Positions 12,431 through 26,438 of a DNA stretch of 64,000 bases are shown piece by piece. The notes under the pieces are model-generated. The model did no database searches and was not told the origin of the DNA. It worked only from the letters and a program-made list of their open reading frames with translations. Both the position numbers and the translations under genes were made by a program. The first letter of the stretch is position 1; the number at the start of each line of letters is the position of its first letter. This stretch comes from Octopus sinensis (taxonomy: Eukaryota), in contig NC_043006.1 of NCBI RefSeq assembly GCF_006345805.1, positions 50,840,001-50,904,000 on the forward strand. Reading direction: 5' to 3'.

Positions 12431-12921
12431 TACTTCATGTAAACAAACATACACACATACATACAACTCAATTTACTCCACTACTCCGCGATCAAATCCA
12501 CTTTTGTCTATCACTATATCTATCTATGCATACTTTCCCTCTCTCTCTTATTCTTTACTCTAAATACCTATATATGTCTGTCACTTCACGTGTCTGTACA
12601 GTTAAGTAGCAAAATCTAAACCAGAAGTAAGTAAGCCATTGTCCTCGAAGTTATTTTGATATCTTATAAATTTTCTTTATATTATCTTCGAACTTGGTTG
12701 TAAAACACAAAAACTTTCACCGACTTTAAATGGTTGCTTCGCATAACACATGCATGTTATACATCAACATATGCTCATATTCACAACTACGTGTGCGGTA
12801 ATGTACATTTAACTTAAACTGTAAGCGTCCTCCGGCTTGTATATTTTTATCTTATTTATACGCATGTATGCGAGCGTGTATGTGTATGTGTATAAATACG
12901 AGTGTGTGAGTGAGTTTGCGC

Positions 12922-12956
<35 letters not shown>

Positions 12957-14369
12957 TGTCTGTTAAAATGTCTGAAAGCGATATTCTTTCATAATGTACT
13001 ATAGAACCAAATTATGTTTAACAATGATGAAACACAGAAACAGCAAACTTTATGAAAATGTAAGAAAAAACACAATAGAAAATATATAATAAAAAAGAAA
13101 AAAAATTTCTCCACAGTCCATTAAGAGACACTGGAATATTGTAAATTACCTTTTCATAAACCGCCTGTGAAGCGCATTTATGTTTGTGCAGCTGCTGCAT
13201 GCTTTTCTATATATAGCAAAAATATTGATTTGCTATTTACTAAAGACTCTTATCACGAGCCAATCTATGAGACTTTTCACAGACGCTCGACCTCCTAGAA
13301 ATATCAGCGAAATGACCCAATATTTATAACGTACTGTCTTTGAATAAAAGGAAGGCGAGGTTCTGTGTGTTGTCGAGGACAGTAATGAATAATCTCCGAT
13401 CGAAGACTGAGGTCAGAGCTTTTGAACTGTTTCCAGAAAGCGTTTGTCCAGTCTCTAGCAACCTTACACAAGAGCTTTTGTTTTGTCTTGCCTTTTTCTA
13501 TCCAGAATAAATTTTTCAATCACGTATCTGTCTGAGATGCGCTGGATATGAGACTGTCCAATGCACTGCTAATTTGTAGGTATACGTCTCACAGCCATCA
13601 TCAGATCAGACATGGATTCAGGCTGTCGTAAATATCAATCTTTTGCTTTCCTTCTGCAAAGAATAGTAAGTAGATACCTTTTTGTCTGGTGAAGGCAGTT
13701 GTGTTGTGGATGCGTTTGAAAGACTTGAGAACTGAGTTTTTCTGTTCAGTACCACTTGAAGGGGAAGCGAGAAGAGAGAATGAGATGCTGCCCTCTGGTG
13801 ACTTTTATAAAAGGAGAGTTAAAGTAGATATTCAAAAGGGTTAGCTCTGAATTTGTGATTGTGAGTTACAAGAAGTGGGAGAAGTTTTGATGTCAGAGTT
13901 AACCGAGATTTTGTGCAGGGCTTCCCGAATAATCCCCTGTATTTGGATGTTCCTCCATTGTGTGGACTCTCATTATTCTAATTATGGTGAGAGACCCTTT
14001 CATTGTTCTAGTTTTGTTTTGCTCTATTGATTTATAATGACTGTTCTATAATAAATAAAAATAAGAAATAAGTGGAAATTTTACCGGTGAGTGTGTTAAA
14101 TTATAAGGCACAAAAAGAAAATGGCTCTCCCCAGACACAACAGAATATGCTTCAACACACGAACTCACATAAAGAATCGTGCAAACTAAATCCAAAAACG
14201 AAACTGAGATTTATTTATACAAATTATACTCTTTTCCAAAGTCTTGTGTCTTAAAAGACAATAAAAATATTATAACTCTTATTTTTACCATTCATGTATT
14301 ATTATAATTATTAGTTACAGATATGATTTATTTATCTGTTATTATTAACATCAATGAAGGGAAGGTAAA

Positions 14370-14520
14370 TACTCATTTCATATTTTGGCACAAGGCCAGC
14401 AATTTTGAGTGAGGGATAAGTCAATAACATCGAACCCATTGTTAAACTGATACTTCTTTAATCGACCCCGATAACGTTTTGCCCAGCCTGTTAACGATTC
14501 TGCCAGTTCGCCGCCTATAG
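14370..14520 (-). mobile_element. SINE family B copy (degenerate)
   Basis: ttttggcacaaggccagcaatttt...atcgacccc...ttaacgattctgccagttcgccgcc is the reverse complement of the family B consensus. Confidence 0.65.
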
Positions 14521-14799
14521 GCGATCAGTGGACAATACTTTTATGACCTGGGTTCCAGTAAGAAGAAACGACGGTCTTCAGTACTGCTTCCTTTCACTAA
14601 GTATAGGCCAACCTACATTCACTAAGTATAGGCCAACGCGAAGTTATAGTTAAAGACATTTGCCCAACGTGCTGCGCAGAAGGATTGAACTCGTAATCAT
14701 GTGATTGCGAATAAAACTTCTTAATCACACATTACGCCTTAAATGTTGGCTTTGTAGCGTTGTTAAGAAAAGATTATTATTAATGTTGAAACAAGGCGA

Positions 14800-15215
14800 C
14801 GAGCTGGCAGAATCGTTAGAACGCCGGGTGAAATGCTTAGCAGTATTTCGTCTGCCGCTACGTTCTGAGTTCAAATTCCGCCGAGGTCGACTTTGCCTTT
14901 CATCCTTTCGGAGTCGATTAAATAAGTACCAGTCACGCACTGGGGTCGATAAAATCGACTTAATCCGTTTGTCTGTCCTTGTTTGTCCCCTCTGTGTGAA
15001 GCCCTTTGTGGGCAGTAAAGAAATAAGAATCGTTAACATGCCGGGCAAAATGCTTAGCGGCATTTAGTCTGTCTTTACGTTCTGAGTTCAAATTACGCCG
15101 AGGTCGACCTTGCCCTCCGGAATCGATAAAATAAGTACCAGTTGAGCAGTGGGGTCAATATAATCGACTTATACCTCCGAAATTGCTGGCTTTGAACCAA
15201 AATTTGAAACTATTA
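14800..15215 (+). mobile_element. SINE family B with two tandem internal units
   Basis: ggcgacgagctggcagaatcgttag head; acgttctgagttcaaatt...gaggtcgac unit occurs at ~14860 and ~15078. Confidence 0.8.
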
Positions 15216-16791
15216 TCAATATTGTTACAGTTATATGTATACATATAACAGATGTAATCGATTCTTGTCTCAGCTCTAAAAAGCCAATACTTTTAATTAT
15301 AACCACTTGATAGACACCCCTAATCATTGAAAGCTTAAACAGCTGACTCTCTTTATCCACACTAGAGCATGTATTTAATAAATAATAGTAGCTTCCTTTC
15401 ATTATATTGTTTCTGTTATGGATCGTATTTGTTTTCCTTTTGTTAGTGAGACAGTAATGAAAGCTGACACTTACAACATGCTAAACTGGCATTTCAGTCT
15501 AGCGGCCATTATAACTCTGTTTGTTTTCTGTTGACTTAATTATATTTATCACTTGTGGAGATTGTGCTCGAAAGATAATGTAATTTGAATAAAAGTTCTA
15601 TATATGTATGATGTGACTTACTTTTTCCTCAATATTATACTGTATTTTATCTTCTTTTTGTACTTTGGTGAGTTTAGAGTAGGTTGGCGGTTTTTGTGTG
15701 AATGATAGGTGTTTCGGCTTTTAAATCAAAATTAGTTTGATATATTATTGAATGTAATCAAGCAATAAAGAAACTATATCGTCAGAAAAAGAAAAGAGCG
15801 ATAATAAATAATTTGACGGTCTTTAGAATAGCCATATTTTAAAAGCTAATTTACTCGAAAATATATTCATGTTAAGAACTTATTTATTCTATTTATTAGG
15901 GAAAATAGAGAGAGAATGAGGAGATAGGAATGGAAAGGAAGGGGGAAGATGAAAAAGAAGGTGGAAGGGAGGCATGGAGAACATTCTACTGAGTGGAATG
16001 AATTGGAAGGTTTTCCTCATTCTGATTAATTGAATAATTTTTCTCTAATGAATAAAAATTCAGACCAGCAGGGAAGAAAGACACTTTGAAATGTTTTCTG
16101 ATTACTGCTGTTCTTCAGTTTTTATTATTACGTCTAACCTAAGATGTATGGGTGGCTAACCGACCTGAAGTACACTGCTGAGCGATAGAACTACTAAAGA
16201 AAGAAAGAAATACTTATATAATTAAATAAAAACTGAGAGCTGGTAGATTCGTTTGCACGCCGAACAAACTACGTAACGGTATTTCTTCAGATTTTACGTT
16301 CTACGTTCAAATCCAGCCGTGGTTAACATTACCTTTATCCTTACGGGGCCGATAAAATAACTCTTGTCCGTGTTTGTGTATTTTCTATGTATGTGTGTGT
16401 GTGTGAGCGTGTGTTTGTATATGTATGCACCTCTGTCTCCTTGTGTGTGTGTGTTTTGCAACTATTTACCATGTTTGTATGTATGTTTGTATGTATATAT
16501 GTGTGGACCCGTGTCTCCATATGTGTCCTTGTGTGGAATAAAGTGTGTGTGTATATATGGTCATGTGTTTCAGTCTCCATTTGCGTATGTGTACTTGTCT
16601 GTTCATATAACCTATGTACCTATCCGTTTGTATGTTGATCTGTTTATTTTCATATCCATATGCTTACATACATGTGCATACACAAACACACTCACACCCA
16701 CACCCACACACACATACATCTATCTACATAGCAGCCCACTAACTATTCTACTCTACCTGTGTAAACTGTGGGTATGGAGGTATGATATCTA

Positions 16792-16980
16792 CTATGCATA
16801 TTTCCTATTTACTATTGGGGAAGTTTCATTTATAAGGATGTACTCCCGTATTTGTCTGAGTGTTGGGTCTTTTGGGTGCTTGGATAAGATGCGGATGTCA
16901 AGTTAACCCAAGTTGCCTCCATGGTGGTCTTTGGCATGTTGGTAGAGTATGGAGGACTGTTTTTTGTCGTCATATTGTCT
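16792..16980 (-). mobile_element. Penelope-like GIY-YIG C-terminal relic (second PLE lineage)
   Basis: RQYDDKKQSSILYQHAKDHHGGNLG*LDIRILSKHPKDPTLRQIREYILINETSPIVNRKYA* resembles PLE endonuclease C-termini. Confidence 0.6.
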
Positions 16981-18313
16981 CAGATATTTTTAATGCATTT
17001 TGTTTAGCTATTTTCGAGATTGAATGATACATCTTCAAATGTCAAGAAAGGCGATTTCTCAAGAAATGAAAATTAAAATAATTAAGTCGACTTCGAAATG
17101 CAAAGAGTTCAACAGAAACTGCGAAATAGCTTGATACAAACAAAAGAAATGTAAAAATATAGTTAAGAAAAAAAGAAGTAGAATTCGGAGCCAATATAAT
17201 CTTTGGATCTTCAGTTTCTTTAAAATACGTCAAACATATGTAACAACGATATGGAAACAATGATAAATACCTATGATTTTAAAAATACTATACACACACA
17301 CACACATACATACACACACGTACATACATACATAAAAACATACATACATACACACACAAAAAACACAGACATACATACATACATACATACATACATACAT
17401 ACATACATACATACATACATGTGTGTACACATGAACACATGACAGGTGTATTTCTTATACCCATTTCAGTACATAATTATTTATATTTCATGTTTTATTA
17501 AATACATTATCTTCCTCGTTTTATACAAATCCGATTAGCACGGAGGCTGACGTAATCACTTTACCGTATAAACCGTGGTGGGTCATATACGGTCTAAATG
17601 ACTAAATACTTATACTTATTTAACATCTCTATGAAGTTAAGTCCACGAGGGCCTTTTCGACAACTTGATATGGGAATCGATCTCACCTGATTCGTTTTTA
17701 TTTAACAATTCACTAGGTTTCACTTTCATCTCCTTTCATCGATGGCTTCACAGGCTAATTTCAGAAACTGTGTCTGCGACAATTAATCAAGAGGAGAGTT
17801 CGGTGCGTTAATTGCTTTGAAAAGCGTAGACTGAGGAATGTATGACCTTTGTTCGAATCGAATCAATAACAAACTTTGTCTCTGGGAGTCTTTAGGAGTG
17901 GATAGAATGAGAACCAATTAAATAATGAACTTTTTTCAAACCCGTGCACCTTACGTAAGAGCAACCACTTGTTTTGATATATTTCCTTTTGTCAGTACAA
18001 TACCTAATACATTTTGCCAAACAGTACTATTTACTTTATCGTGAACATGTTTGTAAATACTGAAGTTTTGATTATAATTTGATCTGTATATTTTATACTT
18101 ATTCCCAAGGTACACGTTTAAGCATTAGCTGTGAATAGGATAACAACAATACTGTAAGTACTACATTATTCATAGGTTGTGCTCCAAGTGTATACGAGAG
18201 GGAAATACTGTCAAAAGCTCTGCCATGCCCAGACCAGTATTTCTCTTTCTGCAGGCTTAGGTTATGGAGTAGTTGATCAGTAATTAATCTTTACAATAAT
18301 ACACACACACACA

Positions 18314-18402
<89 letters not shown>

Positions 18403-19598
18403 CCTTCTGGAGACAAGTTAATTTTTCCAGTCGTCAATCTATCTTCTGCGTTATTATTGCAACAAAGTGCTAAGAGAGGATGGAAAGATGGCAGCTCGAA
18501 TTGATAGCACCTGAATGGAAGTCACATGATACCAATCTATTCTGCTGAGTAGAAGCAACTGCAGCATCGGAATAAAATATAGAGATAAGAAGCATGTAGA
18601 GCAGAAGTTGGCGCTTTGCTCGTATCCTTTTGTTTTTTTAATGGTGAATGACTTCAAGCTAATTACTCATACGGCCAGACTTCCGGATGCCATTTTGAAT
18701 GTGTGTGTGTGTAGCAACATCATCATTCCAGATCTTAGAGTGGTACATCATCGTACCTCTCTCCTGAGCTTTGTAAATGTTAGCAGTTGCTGAAGGCCCG
18801 TGTACTTTATAACCCTGGTGTGAAGGATTTCGACGGTTTGGTGTAGCAGTGATCCGTTCAACAGAGCTACTTATTTCTATTGAATAATAGAACAAGTGGT
18901 TGACTGATCTGCATGCAAAGGCAATTAAATAATTAGGCGGGAAAAGCCAAGCATTTTAGAGGAAGTGTATGCTCGATTAAGTTAATCAGAAGGACTTGAT
19001 TGTTATTTATTCTAACAGATAAGGAGAGATGAAAAGCAAATTTAACCATGCAGCTCAGTAATTAAAGGGATTATTGCTTATATAATCTATTTCGGAATGA
19101 AAAGATAAAAGACAAAAGTGAACCATAGTTAAGCGAGATTTGAACTCACAAGGGAGAGGTGCGCAATTAAACACAGCGATGCCCAATCAAATTATGTCAA
19201 CAACATGTCTTGAGGGGAATATCATGCAATATAAATAGATAGCTCTTAAAACAGGAAATTTGAATACCGTCCGTTCCATTATATCTGAATACTTTCATAA
19301 ACTACTTGTTCACTTGGGAGAGGGGATTATATTGCTAGATCGGTTCTCAACAATTTTGTGTCGCCTACTCAGTACAATAAGCGAATAAATGTATTTGCTG
19401 CCTGCAGGCTGTAATATCTATAGCGATGATATTTGAAATTCAAATTAACCAGGATGTGTTGCCCCAAGATTGTATCGCGTGTATAGTCCACAACAAAAAT
19501 TAAACTCAGTTGAAGACCCATTATCAAACTGATGAAATTTTCGATGGAGAAATCATTCGCACTTATACTAAACCCGATTATATTTACATATGCCGTAT

Positions 19599-19635
<37 letters not shown>

Positions 19636-19716
19636 ATGTGTGTGTGTTTGTATGTATGTATGTATGTATGTATGTATGTATGTATGTATATATATATATA
19701 TATGTTTGTATGTATG

Positions 19717-19749
<33 letters not shown>

Positions 19750-20589
19750 TCTAGTTTTGCATTAAAAAATTCCTGATCCAAGCAATTCCATTTAAGTATC
19801 ATCAACTATACTGACTATAGAAGAAAACGAAAACACATCAAGCTACATTTTAATTCATCAGTCATTAAATATATGAAGCTACTTAGCCCGATCTTAACCG
19901 AAATGCTGGAAGCAAAAATATACTTCAAAGAATTGAAACACTAACAACTTAATATACTCAGTATCGGTTCTGTCATAGACAATTGTTGCTTTTGTTGTTA
20001 TAGTTTAGACTTTTAGGAATAGGCTTATGATCAAAGGCATTCCAGTCATGACCATGCTGTTTTGGGGGATGTCTAGAACTACGTTCCCTAATATGTCAAT
20101 TGGTTGTTGTTGTCGCTGTAGTTTAGCTCAGGTCTGTCCCGCTCGAGCAGACCGATGATCAAAGGGAATTCCGTCCGTGACCATCTTCTGAAGAGTATTC
20201 ATTATTATATTATCTATGATATTCCATTCTCAGCTCTACTCTGGTTGAGCATACATACGATAAAAAGCATTGCAGATGTGACCATCCTGTCTTTTTACAC
20301 ATCTACGTCTCCATTGCACGTCTCATATCCTTTTTAAAACAGTACACCATACTGTCTTTGAAAAAAATAACACGGAGGATAATTTTGTTGCGATTTCTAC
20401 CAAGTTAAGCGACCTCCTAAGAGTAACCAGTGTGGTATCCGAATTTCTTCGTCCAGTTTCCACTTACAAACATCGTAACAAATACGTTTGTGAAGCTCAT
20501 AAGTAAGAGTTTATTGTCTTGTCTGTATGTTGTAATAAGGGTTGCAAATGTTGGCACAATATCAGGAATTTTAGGAGAATGGCAAATAG

Positions 20590-20730
20590 ATTACATCAAG
20601 CCATTGCTCGACTGGTACTTACTTTATCGACCCCGAAGAATGAAAGGCAACGTAGACCTCAGCGGAATTTGAATTCAAAACGTATGCTGCTAAGCACTTT
20701 GTCTGATGTGCTAACAATTCTGCTTTATAG
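20590..20730 (-). mobile_element. SINE family B copy (degenerate)
   Basis: ctggtacttactttatcgaccccgaagaatgaaaggcaacgtagacctcagcggaatttgaattc is the reverse complement of the family B core. Confidence 0.7.
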
Positions 20731-21423
20731 GTAGTAATAAGAATAACAATAGAACTTAAAATTCACATCAGCTAAGTTGTATGTCTCCAGAATAATATCA
20801 ATTCTATAATTTTCAACAAAAGTCGAAATAAAAGGATGGCTGATTTTTAAACAAATGAAAACATTCAGGCATACGTTATACCTAATCTGACTAAACATGT
20901 TCGTCGACGGGAAGCGTCTGGTTATTCTGGACGATGGATGACTAATGACTGCGCGGTGACTTTAAAGTGAAAAAGAGTTGCGTACCGACACCCTCAGTCT
21001 ATCGTCCGTGACCATCTTCCATCCAATAGCAAGACTAAGTCAAGACGACTGGCGAAAGAAAAGCATGCATTTGGATGACCAAGATGCCTTGCTTGATTTA
21101 TCTTGGTCTCTGCACACTACAATGCGTTGCTGCAGCCGCTTTTCCCTTCCGCAGGATCCACATGATCCAGTATTCACATACGCAGGTAGACAACTCAACA
21201 AAATTTACATATACGTTGGCTATCCTCGCATGGTTTAGCCTGCCAGTGAAATCGGTTTGGGTCACAGATGGACCAAAGTGGATGAGCTACTCCTAAGAGC
21301 GCGACGTGTTCCCTCGTCATGGATGACAACCCTCTGTGACGCATCATACATCAACTTGACCATATACGAATTCATGCAACAGTAGTTTGTAGTGTACTAA
21401 TTTCGTTGTATTCACAACAAGGA

Positions 21424-21617
21424 GGCATACCATGATAGATCGTTAGCTCCTACATGCATTTTTTCTCTCCTTGTTTTTTTTCTGTGTATCTTTCTGTCGA
21501 AGAGCGTAGGCTCGAAACGTAAAAGACTTTTTCTGTTCCTGAGCGCTATACTAATACATTTGTTTGTTTATACTCCACCTGCCTTCGCCTTTTGTTTATC
21601 TTCGTAAACTTTCCCTT
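21424..21617 (+). mobile_element. Hammerhead-bearing short element, family H-A
   Basis: 21489-21526 TCTTT-CTGTCGA-A-GAGC-GTAG-GCTC-GAAAC-GTA-AAAGA; ends in (TA)n. Confidence 0.75.
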
Positions 21618-21659
21618 ATATATATATATATTTATCTATTTATATATATATATTTATAT

Positions 21660-21708
<49 letters not shown>

Positions 21709-21709
21709 C

Positions 21710-21787
<78 letters not shown>

Positions 21788-22966
21788 TTGTATGTATATG
21801 TATGTAATGTATGTATGCATGTATGTATGTGTGTACGTGTGTATTACGTAAAACGAAATTGAAAAGTAGTTATTCATAAAGGAAATTTTTAGTGGAATTG
21901 TCTCTAAGATATATGAAAAAGTACAGGATACATATGAGAAGGACGTATAAAGTAATTGTGCAGCGTAAGCAAATTAGAGAGAGCCACCACGACACATTCA
22001 AAGTTAACAGTTACTCATGAGAAAATTCACGAAGAGAACAGCAACGGAGACATAATATCAATAATAAGCTGACCTGCGTTTATAATCTATTGATATCTAG
22101 TTGAACACAATGAAATAGCACCAGCTGATGCTAATATAGACATGACAAAAGCCAATACTGGTGAGCTTTTTTAAAATTCATCAAAGTTTAATTTGATGTA
22201 AATTATAAGAATATAGACGAACAGCACCAGAGAGCAGATGCGTATCTTCATATGCTTACAGTAACTGCTTATTCCCTTTTTAACTAATAAATAGAAGGTA
22301 AACCACTTCAAGATATAATGTCAAATAAAATATAGAATATAAGAATGGCACAGAGCAGGACACACGTGGTGTGACGTGCTAAAAATAACAGCTAGTTCAC
22401 CTTTAAATTTCAGTTTCTCATGTTAAAGTGGATAAATATACAAGGTAAAGTATTCTTTGATATTTTACAAATGCAAAAAGATGAGATAGTCACGGCAGGA
22501 AAACCGACTTAATGATAACTGTGCAACAAACAGTCAATGTTTAAAACGAGCAAGTACAGAAACAATTTTTCAAGAATTTTAACGCATAATTCTCATAGCG
22601 AGTGAATTATAAAATTTTGAATATATTATATACATCACAAAATAATAATGAAAGACTAAGCAATTTAGAAAATGAAAATAAGCAGGTGAACCAAGGAAAA
22701 AAATCTGCGAACAATGAACAGACCAAATAAATAAAATTTAGTAAAAACAAAACAAATACGATAAACGCAAGCAATAATAAAGATGAAGAACAGAATAAAT
22801 GAATTTAAAGGATCTAGATACCAATTATTTAGTCTACTTAAATGTTTCTTACCCAAAGCACCATAAAAGAGTGACTATATATATATATATATATACACGC
22901 ACAGGGAAAATATATACAGAGGGAGAGAAGCAGGAAGGTAGACAGATGTATAATATATATGTGTGT

Positions 22967-23016
<50 letters not shown>

Positions 23017-23247
23017 GTATGTATGCATGTATCTATGTGTGTATTGCGTAAAACGAAATTGAAAAGTAATTATTCATAAGGGCGGACTTCGGAGAGTTTT
23101 AGTGGAAAAGTCTCGATGGTTTAGACAATGTTGTAAATTAACATTAACACAAAACTTAACAGATCTTTCGGCGCCACATGTGTTCTAAATACACTCACAC
23201 ACATACACACAGCCAGGCCATACACACGCTCACACATGTATGTGCAA

Positions 23248-23285
<38 letters not shown>

Positions 23286-23519
23286 AATGTAGGATAAAAT
23301 GTTTTAGAAAAAAAATTTTATCAATGGCCAGCATATTAAAAAATAAATTGAATTATAAACAACTTATAAATAAGGGCAAACGAAAAAATTTCTAATGCCA
23401 AATATGCCGAAAATTGGACATATTGTCCATTTACCATATAATTTTTTTCCCCAGTACACACGCTACTCGAAAAAAGGTCGACAGAAATCTCTAAAAAAAT
23501 TCCATTATTACCATATCGT

Positions 23520-23749
23520 CAGTGATACATGTGGCAAAGAAGTAAATGAGATACTTACTCATACCCACGAAAGAAGCAAACACTAAGTCATGAGCACAAC
23601 TAAGTACCCCAAATAAATCCAAAATAGAAATGCTCCAGCCCATTCAAGACACGTGCGATTTGAACTGAGGCACTCATAGAGTGGGAGTGTTGCTTCATCC
23701 ATGGGTATGAGTAAGTATCTCATTTACTTCTTTGCCACATGTATCACTG
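23520..23749. mobile_element. 230-bp MITE with 48-bp perfect terminal inverted repeats starting CAGTG (Tc1-like)
   Basis: 23520-23567 is the exact reverse complement of 23702-23749; TA on the right flank only. Confidence 0.8.
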
Positions 23750-23762
23750 TATATGTATATAT

Positions 23763-23843
<81 letters not shown>

Positions 23844-23904
23844 TATTTATATGCATGTGTATATGTATATATATGTGTGTGTGTAAATATATAGTTACAC
23901 ATAC

Positions 23905-24052
23905 AAGCTTGCTTCCTAGCCTCATGGCTCCAGGTTCAGTTCCACTGCGTAGCACCTTGGGCAGATGTCTTCTGCTATAGCCTTGGGTTAACTAAAACCT
24001 TGTGAGTGGATTTGTTAGACAGAAACTGAAAGAAACCCGTCATATATATATG

Positions 24053-24129
<77 letters not shown>

Positions 24130-24315
24130 TGATGTGTCTGTGTTCGTCCCTCCACCATCGCTTGACAACCGATGTTGGTCTGTTTATATCTCTGCATTTT
24201 AGCGATTCAGCAAAAGACGCCGATAGAATAAGTACTAGGCTTACAAAGAATAGGTGCTGGAGTCAATTTGTTCGACTAAAAGCGTTGCTCCAGCAACCAG
24301 GTAACAGAAGTATAA
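23905..24315 (+). mobile_element. SINE family A (head eroded)
   Basis: ggttcagttccactgcgtagcaccttggg...gaaactgaaagaaacccgtc...(TG)n...gatagaataagtactaggcttacaaagaata. Confidence 0.8.
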
Positions 24316-24612
24316 GAGAAGAATATGTGCGTATATATACATAGGTGTATGTACGTGTGTATATGCGTGTGTGTGTTTGCGCGCGCATGTGTGCAACTAG
24401 TGTCCTTTTGGTTAAGAAATGTTTTCTCATACCGAATAAAAGCTTATAAAAATCTGAATAACAAATAATTTCTATCGAAGATATACACACAGAGACAGAC
24501 AAACAGACAAACCTATTACAAATATGGAAGCAGCTGGCAGTATTTATTTGTGAAGCAATGATTCACTAAGGACACAGTATTTAGTTATAAAAGAAATTTA
24601 CTGATATTAAAG

Positions 24613-25290
24613 TACAGGGTATCCTCAGAAAATTGACATCATGTAAAATGTGAATATCTGAGTAACTACATTTCTGAGGCAAACGAAATTAAATAGGTTT
24701 CATGTTGAACAACAAAAGATTCGATCAAAAATTTGATCAAAGATTCGTTCAAAAATTTGATCAAAGGTTCGATCAAAAATTCGATCAAAGATTCGTTCAA
24801 AAGTTTTATCAAAGATTCGATCAAAAATTCGATCAAAGATTCGTTCAAAAATTTGATCAAAGGTTCGATCAAAAATTTGATCAAAGATTCGTTCAAAAAT
24901 TTGATGACACATTCGATCAAAGATCCGTTCAAAAATTTGATCAAAGGTTCGATCAAAGATTCGTTCAAAAATTTGATCAAAGATTCGATCAAAAATTTGA
25001 TCAAAGATTCGTTCAAAAGTTTGATCAAAAATTCGATAAAAAATTCGATAAAAAATTCGATCAAGAGATTCTAAGTAATGTAGGTTTTATAACCGATTTC
25101 ACAAAGCTTCACAAGTGTTCAAAATGCGCACCGCATGTGACACCACACACGTCAAGTTGGTAGTCCAGCTCCTGTCTGACACGCTGTTACATGTCTGGCG
25201 TAACATCCTCCAGCTCCTCAATGATTTTCTGCTCGAGCTTCTCCAGGGTTGTAGGAAGATAGGGGATATAGACCAGTCCTTTCACATCGC
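24613..25290 (-). mobile_element. Tc1/mariner-superfamily 3' end: transposase C-terminus, subterminal minisatellite, probable TIR
   Basis: Minus strand ~25290-25108 DVKGLVYIPYLPTTLEKLEQKIIEELEDVTPDM*QRVRQELDYQLDVC; TA-CAGGGTATCC at 24613 resembles mariner-type TIR starts; partner TIR not found. Confidence 0.65.
24716..25064. repeat. 12-bp-period minisatellite (~29 units) built on the palindrome TTTGATCAAA
   Basis: Units such as tttgatcaaaaa / ttcgatcaaaga / ttcgttcaaaaa; explains stop-free repetitive ORFs on both strands. Confidence 0.9.
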
Positions 25291-25607
25291 CTCGTGAATA
25301 CTGGTTGCCGGCAAATTTTTCTGCCCTTAAAAGGATTTTATCTCATATTTGCTGTTCAGTATCTACGTGTTGCAAAAAAGATGTATCTTTCAGCTTGTTC
25401 TACATTTTAGTATTAGCTTCACCGAACAAAATTTTGAATTTTGTAACTTACTTGAAAATAGGGCTTTTCCATGACGTAACTGAATTATTCACGAATGAAG
25501 AACATGTCTGAAACAGTTGTAGTGAACATTAAACCCGTCTATGTTTACACACACGCGCTCGCGCGCACACACACACACATACACACACACACACATATAT
25601 ATATACT

Positions 25608-26026
25608 CTCTCTTTTACTTGTTTCAGTCATTTGACTGTGGCCATGCTGGAGCACCGTCTTTAATCGAATAAATCGACCCCAGGACTTATTCTTTGTAAG
25701 CCTAGTACTTATTCTATCGGTCTCTTTTGCGGAACCGCTAATGTTGCGGGGACGTCAACACACCAGCATCGGTTGTCAAGCGATGTTGGGGGGACTAGCA
25801 CTAACACATAAACACACACACACACACACACATACATACATACATATACATACATATATACGAAGGGCTGCTTTCAGTTTCCGTCTACCAAATGAACTCA
25901 CAAGGCTTTGGTCAGCCCGAGGCTATAGTAGCAGACACTTGGCCAAGGTGCCACACAGTGGGAATGAACCCAGAACCATGTGATTAGTAAGCAAGCTACT
26001 TACCACACAGCCACTCCTGCGCCTAT
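25608..26026 (-). mobile_element. SINE family A, full length
   Basis: Reverse complement from ...cagccactcctgcgccta head to cttttacttgtttcagtc tail. Confidence 0.9.
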
Positions 26027-26029
26027 ATA

Positions 26030-26222
26030 CTGAGAATTTATAAAAAAAAAACAAAAGACGAAGACGGGTGTGTAAACAACAAACATGTATTAGTTTAACG
26101 CTCGAGAAGTGAGAAAGTCTTTAACGTTTCGAGCCTACGCTCTTCCAAAGGAATGAACACAGAAAGAAACAAGGAGAGAAAACAAATGTGTGTAGTGGTT
26201 CGCGATATATCATGGCGAATGT
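26030..26222 (-). mobile_element. Short element family H-A (hammerhead core eroded)
   Basis: Minus strand 26117-26152 CTTTGGAAGAGCGTAGGCTCGAAACGTTAAAGAC; body matches 9243-9460. Confidence 0.7.
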
Positions 26223-26371
26223 ATAAATATATATATATATATATATAAGTATATATATGTATGTATGTATATATATATGTATGTATATATATGTATATAT
26301 ATGTATGTATATATACATGTATATATATATATATATGTGTGTGTGTATATGTATGTATATATATATAGATT

Positions 26372-26402
<31 letters not shown>

Positions 26403-26404
26403 GC

Positions 26405-26438
<34 letters not shown>

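Noticed and set aside
13260-14000. Apparently coding-like minus-strand sequence (…KQKIDIYDSLNP; AFWKQFKSS…)
   Set aside because: Broken frames and no motif I can assign confidently; possibly an old transposon relic; needs a profile search
18659-18895. ANIYKAQERGTMMYHSKIW, resembling LINE RT C-terminal YKAQ.RP..EY...IW; similarly RTE-like words at ~21250-21330 and ~33810-33960
   Set aside because: Too short and degenerate to annotate
24716-25064. Possible CRISPR-like array
   Set aside because: No unique spacers, eukaryotic context, no cas genes
24666-25163. QKFDQRFV / IEFLIKF repeat proteins
   Set aside because: Stop-free in several frames on both strands because of the 12-bp period; best explained as a minisatellite, with no splice or expression evidence
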